The position numbers and the translations under genes were made by a program. Under the pieces are notes generated by a model. It did no database searches and was not told where the DNA came from. It saw only the letters and a program-made list of their open reading frames with translations. A stretch of DNA of 63,886 nt, filler included, from Octopus bimaculoides (taxonomy: Eukaryota): NCBI RefSeq assembly GCF_001194135.2. It is 8 parts of 8 records of this genome, joined end to end, with 100 filler letters (N's around TTAATTAATTAA, not from the genome) between each part and the next. Parts side by side here need not be neighbours in the genome. Positions count along the whole stretch, not along the records: positions 62,654 to 63,886 come from NW_026386024.1; 7 more parts are not named here. One strand, given 5' to 3'. Each line of letters starts with the position of its first letter. The stretch's first letter is position 1. Positions 62,895 to 63,886 of the stretch are shown here, piece after piece.

Positions 62895-63886
62895 AACATA
62901 CATATACATATATATATGTACATATACATATATATATTTGTATATATGTGTGTGGAGTGTTGTTGGGCATATATATGCCTACATATATGCATACATACCG
63001 GAATAAATAATTTTTACAGTTGGATAACTGTCCTACCACTAAACATTTACCCACAATTCAACTGTAAATTATTAGCAGTGGAAACATTGTGTTGTCAAAC
63101 AGTCAAAACAGACATATATAGACAGCAGCAGTTAAATATTGCCTCGCATACAGGGTTTGTTGTAAGTTAAATTGTGCAATGGGTATATGTAAGATTTGAA
63201 CCTCTGGTTAGAAGAATTATATCATTCTCACCACTGAAGAAGGGACATCAAATAGTGATGTCAGTTGAACCAATGAAAATCTATACTAAAGAAAAAATAT
63301 GGAGCACCTGTTCTTGTTACCTCTCCCTATAATTTAACACTTAGTTGCATTGATCTTGGATCAAATTTTCAAGTTTCAAAGCTCACATTTATTTTCTTAA
63401 GAAGTTCAGACTTTGCTGAAGAAGTCTTGGAAAGCACCAATATATGCTTGCAATGGAATCCTTAATATACATAGATGAATGTCAGCTTGCCACTCTGCTC
63501 ACATGTGCATGTATATATTTGTGCGTGTGTACATGTGCGTTTAACTACATATATGGCTACAAGTATGTGTATGTGTGTATGTATATGATTGTGTATGATG
63601 GAGTAATTATCATCGTTCAAAGTGTCTTTGTACTCTTTTATTCCATCTGCTGCTTTGGGAAGCATTCTATTTAACATGTATAATAAATATATAGATGAGT
63701 ACAGCTATATATCCATATATATATAAGGGTATACATATATTTATGTATTTTATATTCTATGTTTCAATAGAGTATGTGTGTGTGAGTACTTGTATAAATA
63801 TATATATGCATATACACACAGACACATCCATATATGTATATATATATACATACATATACATATATGTATATTTACATACATACATA

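Overview
Eukaryotic, animal-type DNA from a fragmented draft assembly: AT-rich, dense in microsatellites, with many N gaps. Seven 100-bp gaps carry an artificial TTAATTAATTAA linker. The SINE families and microsatellite spectrum resemble a coleoid cephalopod, most like Octopus (inference, not database-verified). I cannot support any host protein-coding gene, rRNA, true tRNA or CRISPR array; nearly all long ORFs in the track are microsatellite or N-gap artefacts. The interpretable sequence is decayed mobile DNA. DNA transposons: three mariners (one full length with both TIRs), a DD37D/maT fragment, a pogo/Tigger derivative, three Helitron 3' ends and two long fold-back palindromes. Retroelements: an RTE LINE end with three tandem C2H2 fingers, R4/RLE LINE fragments, several Penelope-like (PLE) pieces, a Gypsy-like internal region and about 20 tRNA-derived SINEs. 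I found no clearly new biological system. The best second-look items are the triple-zinc-finger RTE tail, a possibly chimeric PLE, a SINE dimer inside one 16-bp TSD, a head-to-head CCCTAA/TTAGGG palindrome, a hammerhead-like motif at a PLE terminus and a 336-bp near-perfect hairpin.
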